Positions 19,701-25,760 of a stretch of DNA of 56,564 bases are shown here, piece after piece. The position numbers were made by a program, and so were the translations under genes. The stretch comes from Pseudomonadota bacterium (GTDB taxonomy: Bacteria; UBA10199; 2-02-FULL-44-16; JBDRGF01): assembly GCA_043818055.1 (NCBI GenBank), contig JBDRGF010000003.1, forward strand, positions 1 to 56,564. The letters are read 5' to 3'. Numbering within the stretch: the first letter of the stretch is position 1; every line of letters begins with the position of its first letter. The notes beneath the pieces were generated by a model, which saw nothing but the letters and a program-made list of their open reading frames with translations, did not search any database and was not told the DNA's origin.

Positions 19701-20095
19701 GCGATAAGAGAAGCAGTTCCAAGTGTAAGATTTTTTGTCCATCGGCTGAGCTCTTGCGCTACCCCGTTATAGACATGAAAGCAAAGAGAACCATTCCCAC
19801 CCTGAGATACAGCCAAAATCTCCATGCGAGAATCGCCGTCAAGATCCACAAGACGTGGATTGCCAATAAATACCCTAGCCTGCGATGTAAGATCTATTGG
19901 AAAGTTCGGGATAATATTTCCCCTGGCATCCCAAGCGTAAAGCTTCCCATCCAAAGATGAGGTTACACGCTCAGTTTGATATGAATCGTCAATGTTGCCG
20001 ACAGCATTGAAGGCGTGGGCTGTTTTAATAACATTGAAACAAAGAGTAATTAAAACAATACAGATGTATTTTAGAAATTTATTCTTTATCATCAT
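10706..20095 (-). CDS. Giant surface protein/adhesin (FG-GAP, FlgD-Ig, repeated Ig-like DxxPPxT modules, TSP3-like Asp repeats, MYXO-CTERM-like tail)
   Basis: Signal peptide (TAHA); DLDGDG repeats; FTPNDDG/FSPNGD...WDG...GxY FlgD motifs; SGV..IEY..DG and YWSVDNAGN repeats; DSDDDG repeats; tail GGKGGCSL + hydrophobic helix + RRQFRK. Confidence 0.88.
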   Translation of the reverse strand: MMIKNKFLKYICIVLITLCFNVIKTAHAFNAVGNIDDSYQTERVTSSLDGKLYAWDARGNIIPNFPIDLTSQARVFIGNPRLVDLDGDSRMEILAVSQGGNGSLCFHVYNGVAQELSRWTKNLTLGTASLIATPLLADLDGDGQFETISATSDHKITVLKETGEVDSNFKFPDLSSDFNLFLADLDNLGRQKLYAVNDDTIYVWNSSLAHSIFFVIPDGKRVVGEPTSSDLDGDSFDDLVFATESQILVVDHNGELIRAISAPDGFTILSGVTVGDVDLDGKPDLITLLSDGDVIAYNTEGSPLTGWQKSANYREFEAPSVGKIVNDLYNGAFSSATGWDLFTSYLSSLKNFAVFELGQNVHEYDRRAEFYYAKAVAITALSARPLVFTPNDDGVNDETEIHFDLSEDAAINIDIKDSNGRFISTLVDSKALSLGHHIEKWDGIDTRGTLTKEDDKPLDSGLYILKVTATSEDGLISEALTQAILFGIKAKIEFPETETKIWDTIGIKGVSADPNIGENKSGFDYESYKLYFRQGTWDVNDQDVATVGDSGSSWQPISVPMRLQSPTNKYNEPNDAVYPNSNVGVSPVQHGLLGSWNTLNLSNGEYTILIKVIDTESSGTKHFSYDFVHVNVANGLASATGSGGSGSGTGGSGSTGGGTSGSGTGTVSLNLPEITDVTPVASIITERVRQSNISYTLKGKPADINVTIYKSGSNVVYTQSFLNRAAERTYLFNWNGLDNLGRELPNGEYNVQITATAIDGYGEARDDSAKVSININDSLAETLKLLQFVSSVDEFNPMDSSVDLPDRSTTISYALSKPAKVTLEILNEQGALKKRLLTDYLSQVSGDFPPVWDGTDSSGFMLPFGNYICRLTAIGTELGRNENIVEEIPIVLSSPDYNDNLKASIAKLIGDGKKNATTDKDKGILLNNDNASDDFPLEGNPDFYWQAKGTGRIVLDVDYNIRGEGRERYSYTYDDKRTENAVFEERQCNWGVYKVYCAPATEMSRTISESIIFDRWQFTLTQAQSQYDITIKAFNESGVLVNTFVSSDREKHINTDETLSFSCPNCKRIDYTFKRREPIVVNCNPMLKVVCNPINETEDPTQVIVKGFFTIIRPATAYSDRNWGPTQTGWVSRNLQSSGTSALGAFPSGSIGTGAGDTVSITSQSFTYEVRERLNNAYRKLEFASCESGFKKLPFVNLWMGSSSGPDTGNCVSNNPNIYASFVQNTFSTDQDTSLDGGKISSLFEHFNEQDYRIKSDAIKIYDAYEAKTAHPDLYTFSNIVRINDWNIELKYPNGEPVNAFEVVDKQIHGNSTIDQDKNAIPELNDNTLDTFRLKLKPNAVPKRFIEIRGDVETSKYDLKYYDSRKQLWQNIPNQLSQPQSDGTRILGWWDVTQLNGENYTVLLRVENDVGEIKETSMNIGLGKEVKRGENVQVRDAFGRTKLYFDDQTLGNNSQMALVSVTPVQSNDPLLPALNLPSGTIPVGPVYNLQPDGIDIDPQHPVQMETTFTCEEVWNAFGSNPAEITVYNLKDNGELELISTVNPPADTCDTPDPNKFFTITATLEHFSTYVMLKEAKDIPSFSIVSPKPNAVYNAPLNIAGSISGPAPELTRISYYSNDDPVMDKTTIYEGTDQVFDINWETALPSGEYTVVFEVLNVAGFMNSLEVPISLDTDPPLTKLLLDGNVVSDGQSAYANENSEISFLADDLATSTTSGTTRIEYKIDDASFVEYVSPFTLAGQEIGNHEITYAAYDDVGNRESERKVTLILRSDVIPSGSTEIGTKAIINGRSYLMNGEIWVGADATIILAASNKEREVTEIFYRMSEPEFHRYGTPLALEGNESGIHMLEYYGRDIYERDEDVKQFKFIIDSKPPRSQISLEGPYQAGDKSFIVNDGTLISLKAVDEGDYSSGVERIEYRLGDGGWKNYTTSFSIDKTTLLNLEFRSIDKVGNAETTQVVEFKLDEEKPLVNLVSVDQTFSPNGDQIKDEMIISVALSDQFSTGLFYTLKVNGDLAAEHQPITTGETSIHWDGRIGGSIISDGMYNYEFYIEDQAGNKSDPINGEVTVDTSPPMLAFSNEDSFLSSANGLVVNYTLSDNLAQSGIKVTAKVVGASQNTLAEIENTISLPPNEKTLQWNGKNLAHNALPDGGYKIQLVAQDPAGNNSLVIEKLLSFDATPPITRLMIKGGNFGDWIAANADITFDAIDYGSGVASTFYNLDADPVASQYTSALNFTASGEHSLRYWSVDNAGNPEGSKQATFKVDGTSPATTLTWDGIANVIDGKTHISGKATKLVLNASDEHSGVDKVWYQIDANTPVSWTSPIEFRDMGDGSHSMSYWSVDNVANREAGKNVSFILHGHPPTIDISIGEPKVQNKDLYITSRTPIELVAKSNRPDITRVEYKIGSETPVQYTPNSPAQYTSPAFNVMTEGSNTITALAADDYENDDEIEVKVVVDNTAPITSIDQNQQIPGEINIISPSTLFTLSSKDNLVGVDRTEYSVDGGEWTPYSGAFDLAGTSDGSHVISYQSKDLLGNRENEHRQNVDVHSIDASLVFSTTPRVLIYYLDSTQDENAIKMLIPAQTSTTLFLMELFETKAWHYEIATTASEFLEGLRSDEFDLVLIVTDQDDFEIKGTESNNKLYRELTERVHNGLTLANLSQPDSITGVPWQNMLKQFRTSEALAASRYNGEYKTLGQGKFIQFLDEPVRWIDGMEDEEKDTAKDEFVDLLSTIKGVEEKYSPLEVVALDVVLNSRSEPINIGVDALLQGGATLVKALETDGVAKWVIDMEPNETRHLNYIVRLPNSSSEIHFTADTLATWNNGLVYSLKLNKDLKMADSWQDSWREALVLMRKLSSNDAITDGGWALISKFIDAFDALDNKSEDNFEERIDLILDCIWNLSALGDLPQVEELRFMLDETLESLALGTSDAVKLSMSSTTAVDTDDDGLSDDIEVAAGLDPLDRDSDDDGVIDGTEKGALIDSDGDGFINALDCDSDDDGISDGIEMGIISPANDPDDIGPLKATNLKIGNFIADSDPTTTTDPTKADTDAGGLLDSSEDKNMNGLYEPDLGETDPNNPADDSNPTQVVGGKGGCSLTKEKGGRSMGCIVLFLLSGIYIRRQFRKGEVERKLKL

Positions 20096-20874
20096 GCTCC
20101 AGGTGACTGACTACATTTACCTTCCATAAGTTTGTCACAGTCTTCATAATTATAGTTTGTATTATCGATTGAAATTATACCGGTCATCTTTTCGGAAGAA
20201 TTAGAGTAATTTATTGCTAGATCGAAACCTGACAAATGAGTTCCATTTAGAGAGGTCATGCTTAAATATTTATCCGAATCATTTGATGTATTACAAATTC
20301 CGGAGAAATCACTTGTTTTAAGATTATTCTCATATGAAATGTCAAAATTAAAGTCACATTGAAATTGTCCTTCTACGCTTACAAGTTGACCGCAAACATC
20401 ATCAAAATAATAACCATTAAAATCAAAAGCAAAATTGACTGTGCCAAACGCGTGATCTTCTTCATATTCATCAAAATACATATGAGAAGTAATCTTTGTT
20501 GAGTCGGCGGTTTGTACACAAATTTTTTCCATCATGTTATTTTTAACTTCCTCACAACTTAAATCCAAATATTTACCAAATTCTTTGTTGTACAATGCAT
20601 CATCGACGGATTGACGAATTATAACGACAACATTACTTTTATGTTTAACAGGAATTCCTGCATTTATTAGGTCTTTCGCATGTACGACAAGACCAAAGAA
20701 ATTTGAGAGCTCCTTGTCCGTTGGTGGATTTGTAGAGATATCAGCGGGAGGTTCAGTGAAAAGACCTACAGGACTTACAGGAGCACCACCCCCGCCTCCA
20801 CAGGATTGCAAGCATAGAATAACGACAGCCACACAGACATTTACTACAATTTTAAAATTCCCTTTCATCTTCAT
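20092..20874 (-). CDS. Lipoprotein of unknown function, Cys-rich
   Basis: Lipobox LQS-C followed by GGGGG; several downstream Cys; 4-bp overlaps with both neighbours. Confidence 0.8.
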   Translation of the reverse strand: MKMKGNFKIVVNVCVAVVILCLQSCGGGGGAPVSPVGLFTEPPADISTNPPTDKELSNFFGLVVHAKDLINAGIPVKHKSNVVVIIRQSVDDALYNKEFGKYLDLSCEEVKNNMMEKICVQTADSTKITSHMYFDEYEEDHAFGTVNFAFDFNGYYFDDVCGQLVSVEGQFQCDFNFDISYENNLKTSDFSGICNTSNDSDKYLSMTSLNGTHLSGFDLAINYSNSSEKMTGIISIDNTNYNYEDCDKLMEGKCSQSPGA

Positions 20875-21389
20875 TCCCCCTCCTTTATTATTGGTTTTTC
20901 GTTTATAACATCATCATTATATTTATTGATCGCGTCCTGAAATAACACCTTCGATTGTTTTTGCGGCTTGACTGAGCCTAAAACAATTCCAAGACCACCA
21001 AACATCGTTCCGATGCCACCCCACTCCATCAAATTATTTTTCTTGTCAGTTCCCACAGCTGTAAGAATGGCTCCAGCCAGATAAACCCCTAAACCAGCTA
21101 ACTGTAATCCAAGAGCCAGCTTTGATTTATCCACACCATTTTCTGCATATTCTTTTGCCGCCGGATTTGGTGAAACAGCATCCACAAGCCCCTTGTTATG
21201 ATAACCGGCTCTATATGTCGTTCCATCCCGATGATAAGCAAAACCTCCATCCGTATATGAACTCGTCACAAAACGGCTATCTTTGGGATAGTAGTTCGAT
21301 GTAATATGAGCACAGGAGGTGAATGCGAAGATGAGAACGATCGCAGCTACCAGGCATCTCGATATCGCTTTGCTTTTAACGTGATTCAT
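20871..21389 (-). CDS. Lipoprotein with two Gly-rich hydrophobic helices
   Basis: Lipobox FTS-C; LALGLQLAGLGVYLAGAILTAVG and WGGIGTMFGGLGIVLG. Confidence 0.75.
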   Translation of the reverse strand: MNHVKSKAISRCLVAAIVLIFAFTSCAHITSNYYPKDSRFVTSSYTDGGFAYHRDGTTYRAGYHNKGLVDAVSPNPAAKEYAENGVDKSKLALGLQLAGLGVYLAGAILTAVGTDKKNNLMEWGGIGTMFGGLGIVLGSVKPQKQSKVLFQDAINKYNDDVINEKPIIKEGE

Positions 21390-21391
21390 TT

Positions 21392-21643
21392 TTAAAAAAC
21401 TCCTTTCATAAATTTTTTCTCCTTTTTAAGCTTTCTTCTCTTGATGAGATAGATTATTGGAAATGAAAAGCAAAAAATAGTTATCACAAACAAAGGTAGA
21501 ATTGCCTGATCACCGCAAACAATTCCTGCATTTGCCCAACTCACACAATCCCTAGTTAAATATTCATGAAGTTCAGTTAGCCAGATTAAAGGAAATGCAA
21601 TAGCAGATATTTTCCAGCTTAAGGATACCTTATGTTCACTCAT
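21392..21643 (-). CDS. Putative immunity protein 4 (2-TM hairpin, C-x9-CGD loop)
   Basis: Start moved to ATG at 21643 (GGAGG upstream); CVSWANAGIVCGDQA resembles CARPYLYEAVCGDGA of 24435-24668. Confidence 0.72.
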   Translation of the reverse strand: MSEHKVSLSWKISAIAFPLIWLTELHEYLTRDCVSWANAGIVCGDQAILPLFVITIFCFSFPIIYLIKRRKLKKEKKFMKGVF

Positions 21644-22073
21644 ATGGCCTCCGTAGATAATTTCCGATTCTTTGTGCAGCAGCATCTGTTATTACTTCAT
21701 ATATTGTGGACGCCGGAGTAAGCGGAAAAGTGGTGTTCGTCAACCCCTGTGCCATACCACTCACAGCAGCCCCTCCAATTTCATTGTAGAATGTTGGATT
21801 GCTCAAGTAGGTGTTCAGTGCTGAATTATATATTTCAGATCCTACATTATACATCTGCTGTCCTCTGTACCAAAGCTGCTGGCCTGCGATTGTGGAAGCA
21901 GTTCCAACAACAGGGGCAATTTGTTGTGTGTAACCGGCTAAACCAGTGAGTCGTGTCCCAATATAGTTTACACCACCTGTGCCGTACGTAGCTGCAACTG
22001 CAAACATCCCTTCGTCGAGTCTGACGAAAACTAATGTTTGATAATGCTCTATGTTAGATGTTTTATTTAGCAT
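21636..22073 (-). CDS. Orphan toxin C-terminal module 3 (no RHS core remnant)
   Basis: AGQQLWYRGQQMY matches AGQQVWYRNQQVY of orphan 1; YLSNPTFYNEIGGAAVSGMAQGLT resembles the C-terminus of the main RHS. Confidence 0.65.
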   Translation of the reverse strand: MLNKTSNIEHYQTLVFVRLDEGMFAVAATYGTGGVNYIGTRLTGLAGYTQQIAPVVGTASTIAGQQLWYRGQQMYNVGSEIYNSALNTYLSNPTFYNEIGGAAVSGMAQGLTNTTFPLTPASTIYEVITDAAAQRIGNYLRRPYE

Positions 22074-22306
22074 TTCTTACTTTGCCCTTTATTCGTCTTT
22101 TGATTCTCCGATCCAGTAATTAAGAAATAAACACCTAATATTCCTAATAAACCAAAAAGTGTTAAAATTAATTTAGCACCAGGACCTGATAAAGGTGCGC
22201 TTACATACATAATTACAGATCCAGTAATAAAATAATGCGCTAATTGCCCTAAAAACATCACTATACATAATAATCCTAAATATAAATTTGATTTTTTAAA
22301 TTTCAC
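22067..22306 (-). CDS. Putative immunity protein 3 (2-TM hairpin)
   Basis: 79 aa, two TM helices; GAKLILTLFGLLGILGVYFLITG resembles GAKLVIGIYAFAAIFGLYLIITG of 24435-24668. Confidence 0.75.
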   Translation of the reverse strand: MKFKKSNLYLGLLCIVMFLGQLAHYFITGSVIMYVSAPLSGPGAKLILTLFGLLGILGVYFLITGSENQKTNKGQSKKC

Positions 22307-22981
22307 CTATCTCCCCCTTTCATTTTCAGTACTGTTTCGAGGCTGTTGAATATTCGAATTGTATCGTATTTCATAACGTGATGGATGATTTTTTATCAAT
22401 GAATTTATTCCACTAGAAATAGTTTCAACAACAAAATGAGTATAAAAACTGAGCCAGTTACTTGGTTGTGGAGCTAGACCAGTGCGAGCATTGCCCAAAC
22501 CAGCTGCCAAGCCTGTACCTGTACCAGAAATTACTTGTTGGCACGCCACAGGATTCGACAAACAAGTGCTAACAGCAGTCGTGACTACTGCTGGCCCATA
22601 TGCAACTGCTCCATATGCAGCACCTGCGGAGGCCGCTCCAACAAATAATCCTTGCCCCGCATTCACTATAGCACCTGGTGTCGTATCGATGATCGATGAT
22701 CTATTGCCTTCGTAATTGATCATCACAGTTGGATAACCAGCCACTCCATTGCCAAGTTCAACTATACTTTCAATCTTTCCATCGGAAATCTCAAACATCT
22801 GCGAACCAAACGGCCCATGTTGTCGATAATATTGAGCATCATATTTTTCATCTCCGGGCATAATTATTCTCAATGGCGTATTCCCCGCCATTCTCGCAAG
22901 TCCAAACGGATCAATAAAGTTGATCGGGTTGTTCATCACATAAAAGTGGGATACATATGTGTTTAATAAATTATTAATCAT
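22307..22981 (-). CDS. Orphan RHS C-terminal toxin module 2
   Basis: YVMNNPINFIDPFGLARMAG junction followed by a distinct Ala/Gly-rich C-terminal domain. Confidence 0.8.
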   Translation of the reverse strand: MINNLLNTYVSHFYVMNNPINFIDPFGLARMAGNTPLRIIMPGDEKYDAQYYRQHGPFGSQMFEISDGKIESIVELGNGVAGYPTVMINYEGNRSSIIDTTPGAIVNAGQGLFVGAASAGAAYGAVAYGPAVVTTAVSTCLSNPVACQQVISGTGTGLAAGLGNARTGLAPQPSNWLSFYTHFVVETISSGINSLIKNHPSRYEIRYNSNIQQPRNSTENERGR

Positions 22982-22986
22982 AATCT

Positions 22987-23223
22987 TTATTTATAATTTT
23001 CATCTTTCTTCTTCAGAAAACCCCTAACTAAAATTAATAGGAACACTAACCCCAAAATTATTAGGATAATACCAAGAACCTGCGCCTGAAATCCGACCGC
23101 AACAATTTTGCTCCACATCGAAAATGTGCTTGTTACAACTGTCCTAATCCCTCCCAAAATCAGAAAGACTGGCAGAAGGAAATAAAAGAATTGTTCATAG
23201 TTGAAGTGCCTTTTTTTATTCAT
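22987..23223 (-). CDS. Putative immunity protein 2 (2-TM hairpin)
   Basis: 78 aa, two TM helices, overlaps the stop of orphan 1. Confidence 0.72.
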   Translation of the reverse strand: MNKKRHFNYEQFFYFLLPVFLILGGIRTVVTSTFSMWSKIVAVGFQAQVLGIILIILGLVFLLILVRGFLKKKDENYK

Positions 23224-24433
23224 TTTTTATAGCCTCCTTTATAATAATTTCTGGATCTCCAAGGAAGAATCCTGCTGCTGAACCAACACCACCAGCAACA
23301 GATGACGGAGCTGTACCAGCAGGAAACCAACCTCCAACAAAGTCTGTTGTTATACGCAAGAAGCTTTGCCCCTGCCCTGACCCAGCCCAACTCATCAGGT
23401 TAACATATGCATTGTACCCAGCACTATAAACCTGCTGATTTCTGTACCAAACTTGCTGACCTGCAGCAGTTATTGCAGCACCAACAACTGGACCATATGT
23501 TGTATATACTGTCCTCGCTGCTGCGCCTATCGTCGGACTAACTGCCATTGCAGCTGCTCCTGTTGCTGCGGCGCCATACACACTGAAATAGGCGCTTGTT
23601 AAACTCTCTAAACTCTCCGATTTAACGTAGGCGGATGCGCTATAGTATCCTGCATTAAATAATTGATCTGATAAATAATTCTGCTCAATGTATCTTATAT
23701 ACTCAGCTACTGGTTTTAGAGGTATTGATGCAAGCGTTTGCCATGTTCCATCACTATTATTGCCGAAACCAAAGTTTCTATCGACAAAATCGACAACGGA
23801 CGAGCCATATGGATTATTAAGACTTGGCAGTGAGTTACCCGCCATCCTCGCCAATCCAAACGGGTCCACGAAGTTGATCGGGTTATTCATCACATAGGCG
23901 TAACGATTAGAGAACTCTGGCATTAAATCGAATGGATTGCCGCGTCGCTGCGCTCCTCGCAATGACAGCAGGGGTAACGGATCCTGTTGCATGAATCGAC
24001 CGAGTTCTGGGTTGTATGTGCGGGCTCTATAGTAATAGAGATTCGTCTCTGGATCGTATTCCCTGCCTGAATATAGATACGGATTATCGACTCCACTCTG
24101 TGCGAGCAGCGCACCGCCTGCGTCGTGAATCTCCACATCGCCGTAAGCTGAATAGCTGTATCGCTCTACAAGCGCACCCTTGCTGTCTGTGAGAGCTACG
24201 ATGTTGCCCGATGTGTCGGTGTGATAGTAATAGACGTCGTTATCCCGCTCCATTGAGATGATGGAGTCAACTCCTACCCCCTCCAACTCCCCCTTATAAA
24301 GGGGGAGCGACGTAAAAGTTGCAGATGTCTTGTCACTAACCCGCTCCTCAATGATATTCACACCGTCGCAGACGTAATATGTATTTCGATCGCTCATTTG
24401 CTTCGTCACCTTTTTTTTCATAGCTATCTTCAT
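23216..24433 (-). CDS. Orphan RHS module 1 (copied core tail + variant C-terminal domain)
   Basis: Near-identical copy of the main core tail (DGVN.IEE...NPYLY.GREYDPETNLYY.RARTYNPELGRFMQQDPL...NNPINFVDPFGLARMAG) followed by a different C-terminus. Confidence 0.88.
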   Translation of the reverse strand: MKIAMKKKVTKQMSDRNTYYVCDGVNIIEERVSDKTSATFTSLPLYKGELEGVGVDSIISMERDNDVYYYHTDTSGNIVALTDSKGALVERYSYSAYGDVEIHDAGGALLAQSGVDNPYLYSGREYDPETNLYYYRARTYNPELGRFMQQDPLPLLSLRGAQRRGNPFDLMPEFSNRYAYVMNNPINFVDPFGLARMAGNSLPSLNNPYGSSVVDFVDRNFGFGNNSDGTWQTLASIPLKPVAEYIRYIEQNYLSDQLFNAGYYSASAYVKSESLESLTSAYFSVYGAAATGAAAMAVSPTIGAAARTVYTTYGPVVGAAITAAGQQVWYRNQQVYSAGYNAYVNLMSWAGSGQGQSFLRITTDFVGGWFPAGTAPSSVAGGVGSAAGFFLGDPEIIIKEAIKNE

Positions 24434-25760
24434 TTTACTTTTTCTCGTTATTGTCTTTTCTCTTAATTCCCGTGATTATCAAGTAAAGACCGAATATAGC
24501 AGCGAAAGCATATATTCCTATAACGAGTTTTGCACCATCTCCACATACAGCCTCATATAAATAAGGTCTTGCACATCCAGTTTTTAAATAGATATGATAC
24601 GTTATTGGAAATGTTGGTATCAATAAAACTCCAATTATAATTGCTAACCAATTTCTTTTTGTATTCATATTAATCCTTTCTGGGCTGAATTGTATTCATA
24701 TGTTCACTTACATTATTTCTCAGAATAAAATTATTATTTTCATTGATATAGCTTTTAATCATATCTTTTGATAAATCGATAGAGGTAAAAAATTCGACAT
24801 ATCGTTCTATTGTAAAAGATACCCAGTAACTTATTGCGTCATTAGACGTTGGTGGTAATCCAGTTTTTTGGTCGGTCAACCCTGCCAATACTCCTGAAAC
24901 AACCCCCTTTGCCACCTGATTATAAGTCTGCGAATTCTGCAAATAATTAGACAATATCTTCTCACCAGCATTTAAGATTATAGGCGCTGTCCTCAACCAT
25001 GCATTGTCTGCAATATCAATCGCGCTTCTTGTAGCGAAATTCATCCGCGACGCGCCATATGAAATGACACTTCCGCCTCCGCTCGCTGCTATAGCAAACA
25101 TCTCCTCTTGTGTTGGCATGAGAAAGTTAGCGGTTCCATACACAGCATGATTAATGGTGTTTAAACTATATGAGAAAATATCCGTTGATCTCTGTGCATT
25201 CTCAAATGAAATCCTTGCAGCCTCATTAGTCCAATCGCTCAGATATTGCATCACATCGCCGTTGTAAGTTGCACCCCCCGCCATCCTTGCCAGTCCAAAC
25301 GGATCCACGAAGTTTATCGGGTTGTTCATCACGTAGGCGTAGCGGTTCAGAGAATCCACAAACCCGAGCGGATCCTGTTGCATGAAGCGACCTAACTCTG
25401 GATTGTATGTGCGGGCTCTGTTGTAGTAGAGATTCGTCTCAGGGTCATATTCCCTGCCTGCATAGAGATACGGGTTATCAACGCCGCTCTGTGCAAGTAG
25501 CGCGCCACCAGCGTCGTGAATTTCTACTTCGCCGTAAGCTGAATAGCTGTATCGCTCTACAAGCGCACCCTTGCTGTCTGTGAGAGCTACGATGTTGCCC
25601 GATGTGTCGGTGTGATAGTAATAGATGTTGTTATCGCGCTCCATTGAGATGATGGAGTCAACTCCTACCCCCTCCAACTCCCCCTTATAAAGGGGGAGCG
25701 ACGTAAAAGTTGCAGATGTCTTGCCGCCCACTTGCTCCTCTATCACATTCACTCCATCAT
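23840..25760. repeat. Direct repeat of the RHS core tail (~23840-24360 and ~25280-25760; short third copy ~22885-22940)
   Basis: Long identical runs, e.g. gccgtaagctgaatagctgtatcgctctacaagcgcacccttgctgtctgtgagagctacgatgttgcccgatgtgtcggtgtgatagtaatag in both copies. Confidence 0.9.
24435..24668 (-). CDS. Putative cognate immunity protein 1 (2-TM hairpin, C-x9-CGD loop)
   Basis: 77 aa; starts 1 nt after the RHS stop; AAGGA RBS; two TM helices. Confidence 0.78.
   Translation of the reverse strand: MNTKRNWLAIIIGVLLIPTFPITYHIYLKTGCARPYLYEAVCGDGAKLVIGIYAFAAIFGLYLIITGIKRKDNNEKK

Noticed and set aside
23840..25760. Diversity-generating retroelement TR/VR pair
   Set aside because: Differences between the copies are not adenine-specific, no reverse transcriptase is present, and the repeat is explained by an rhs orphan module
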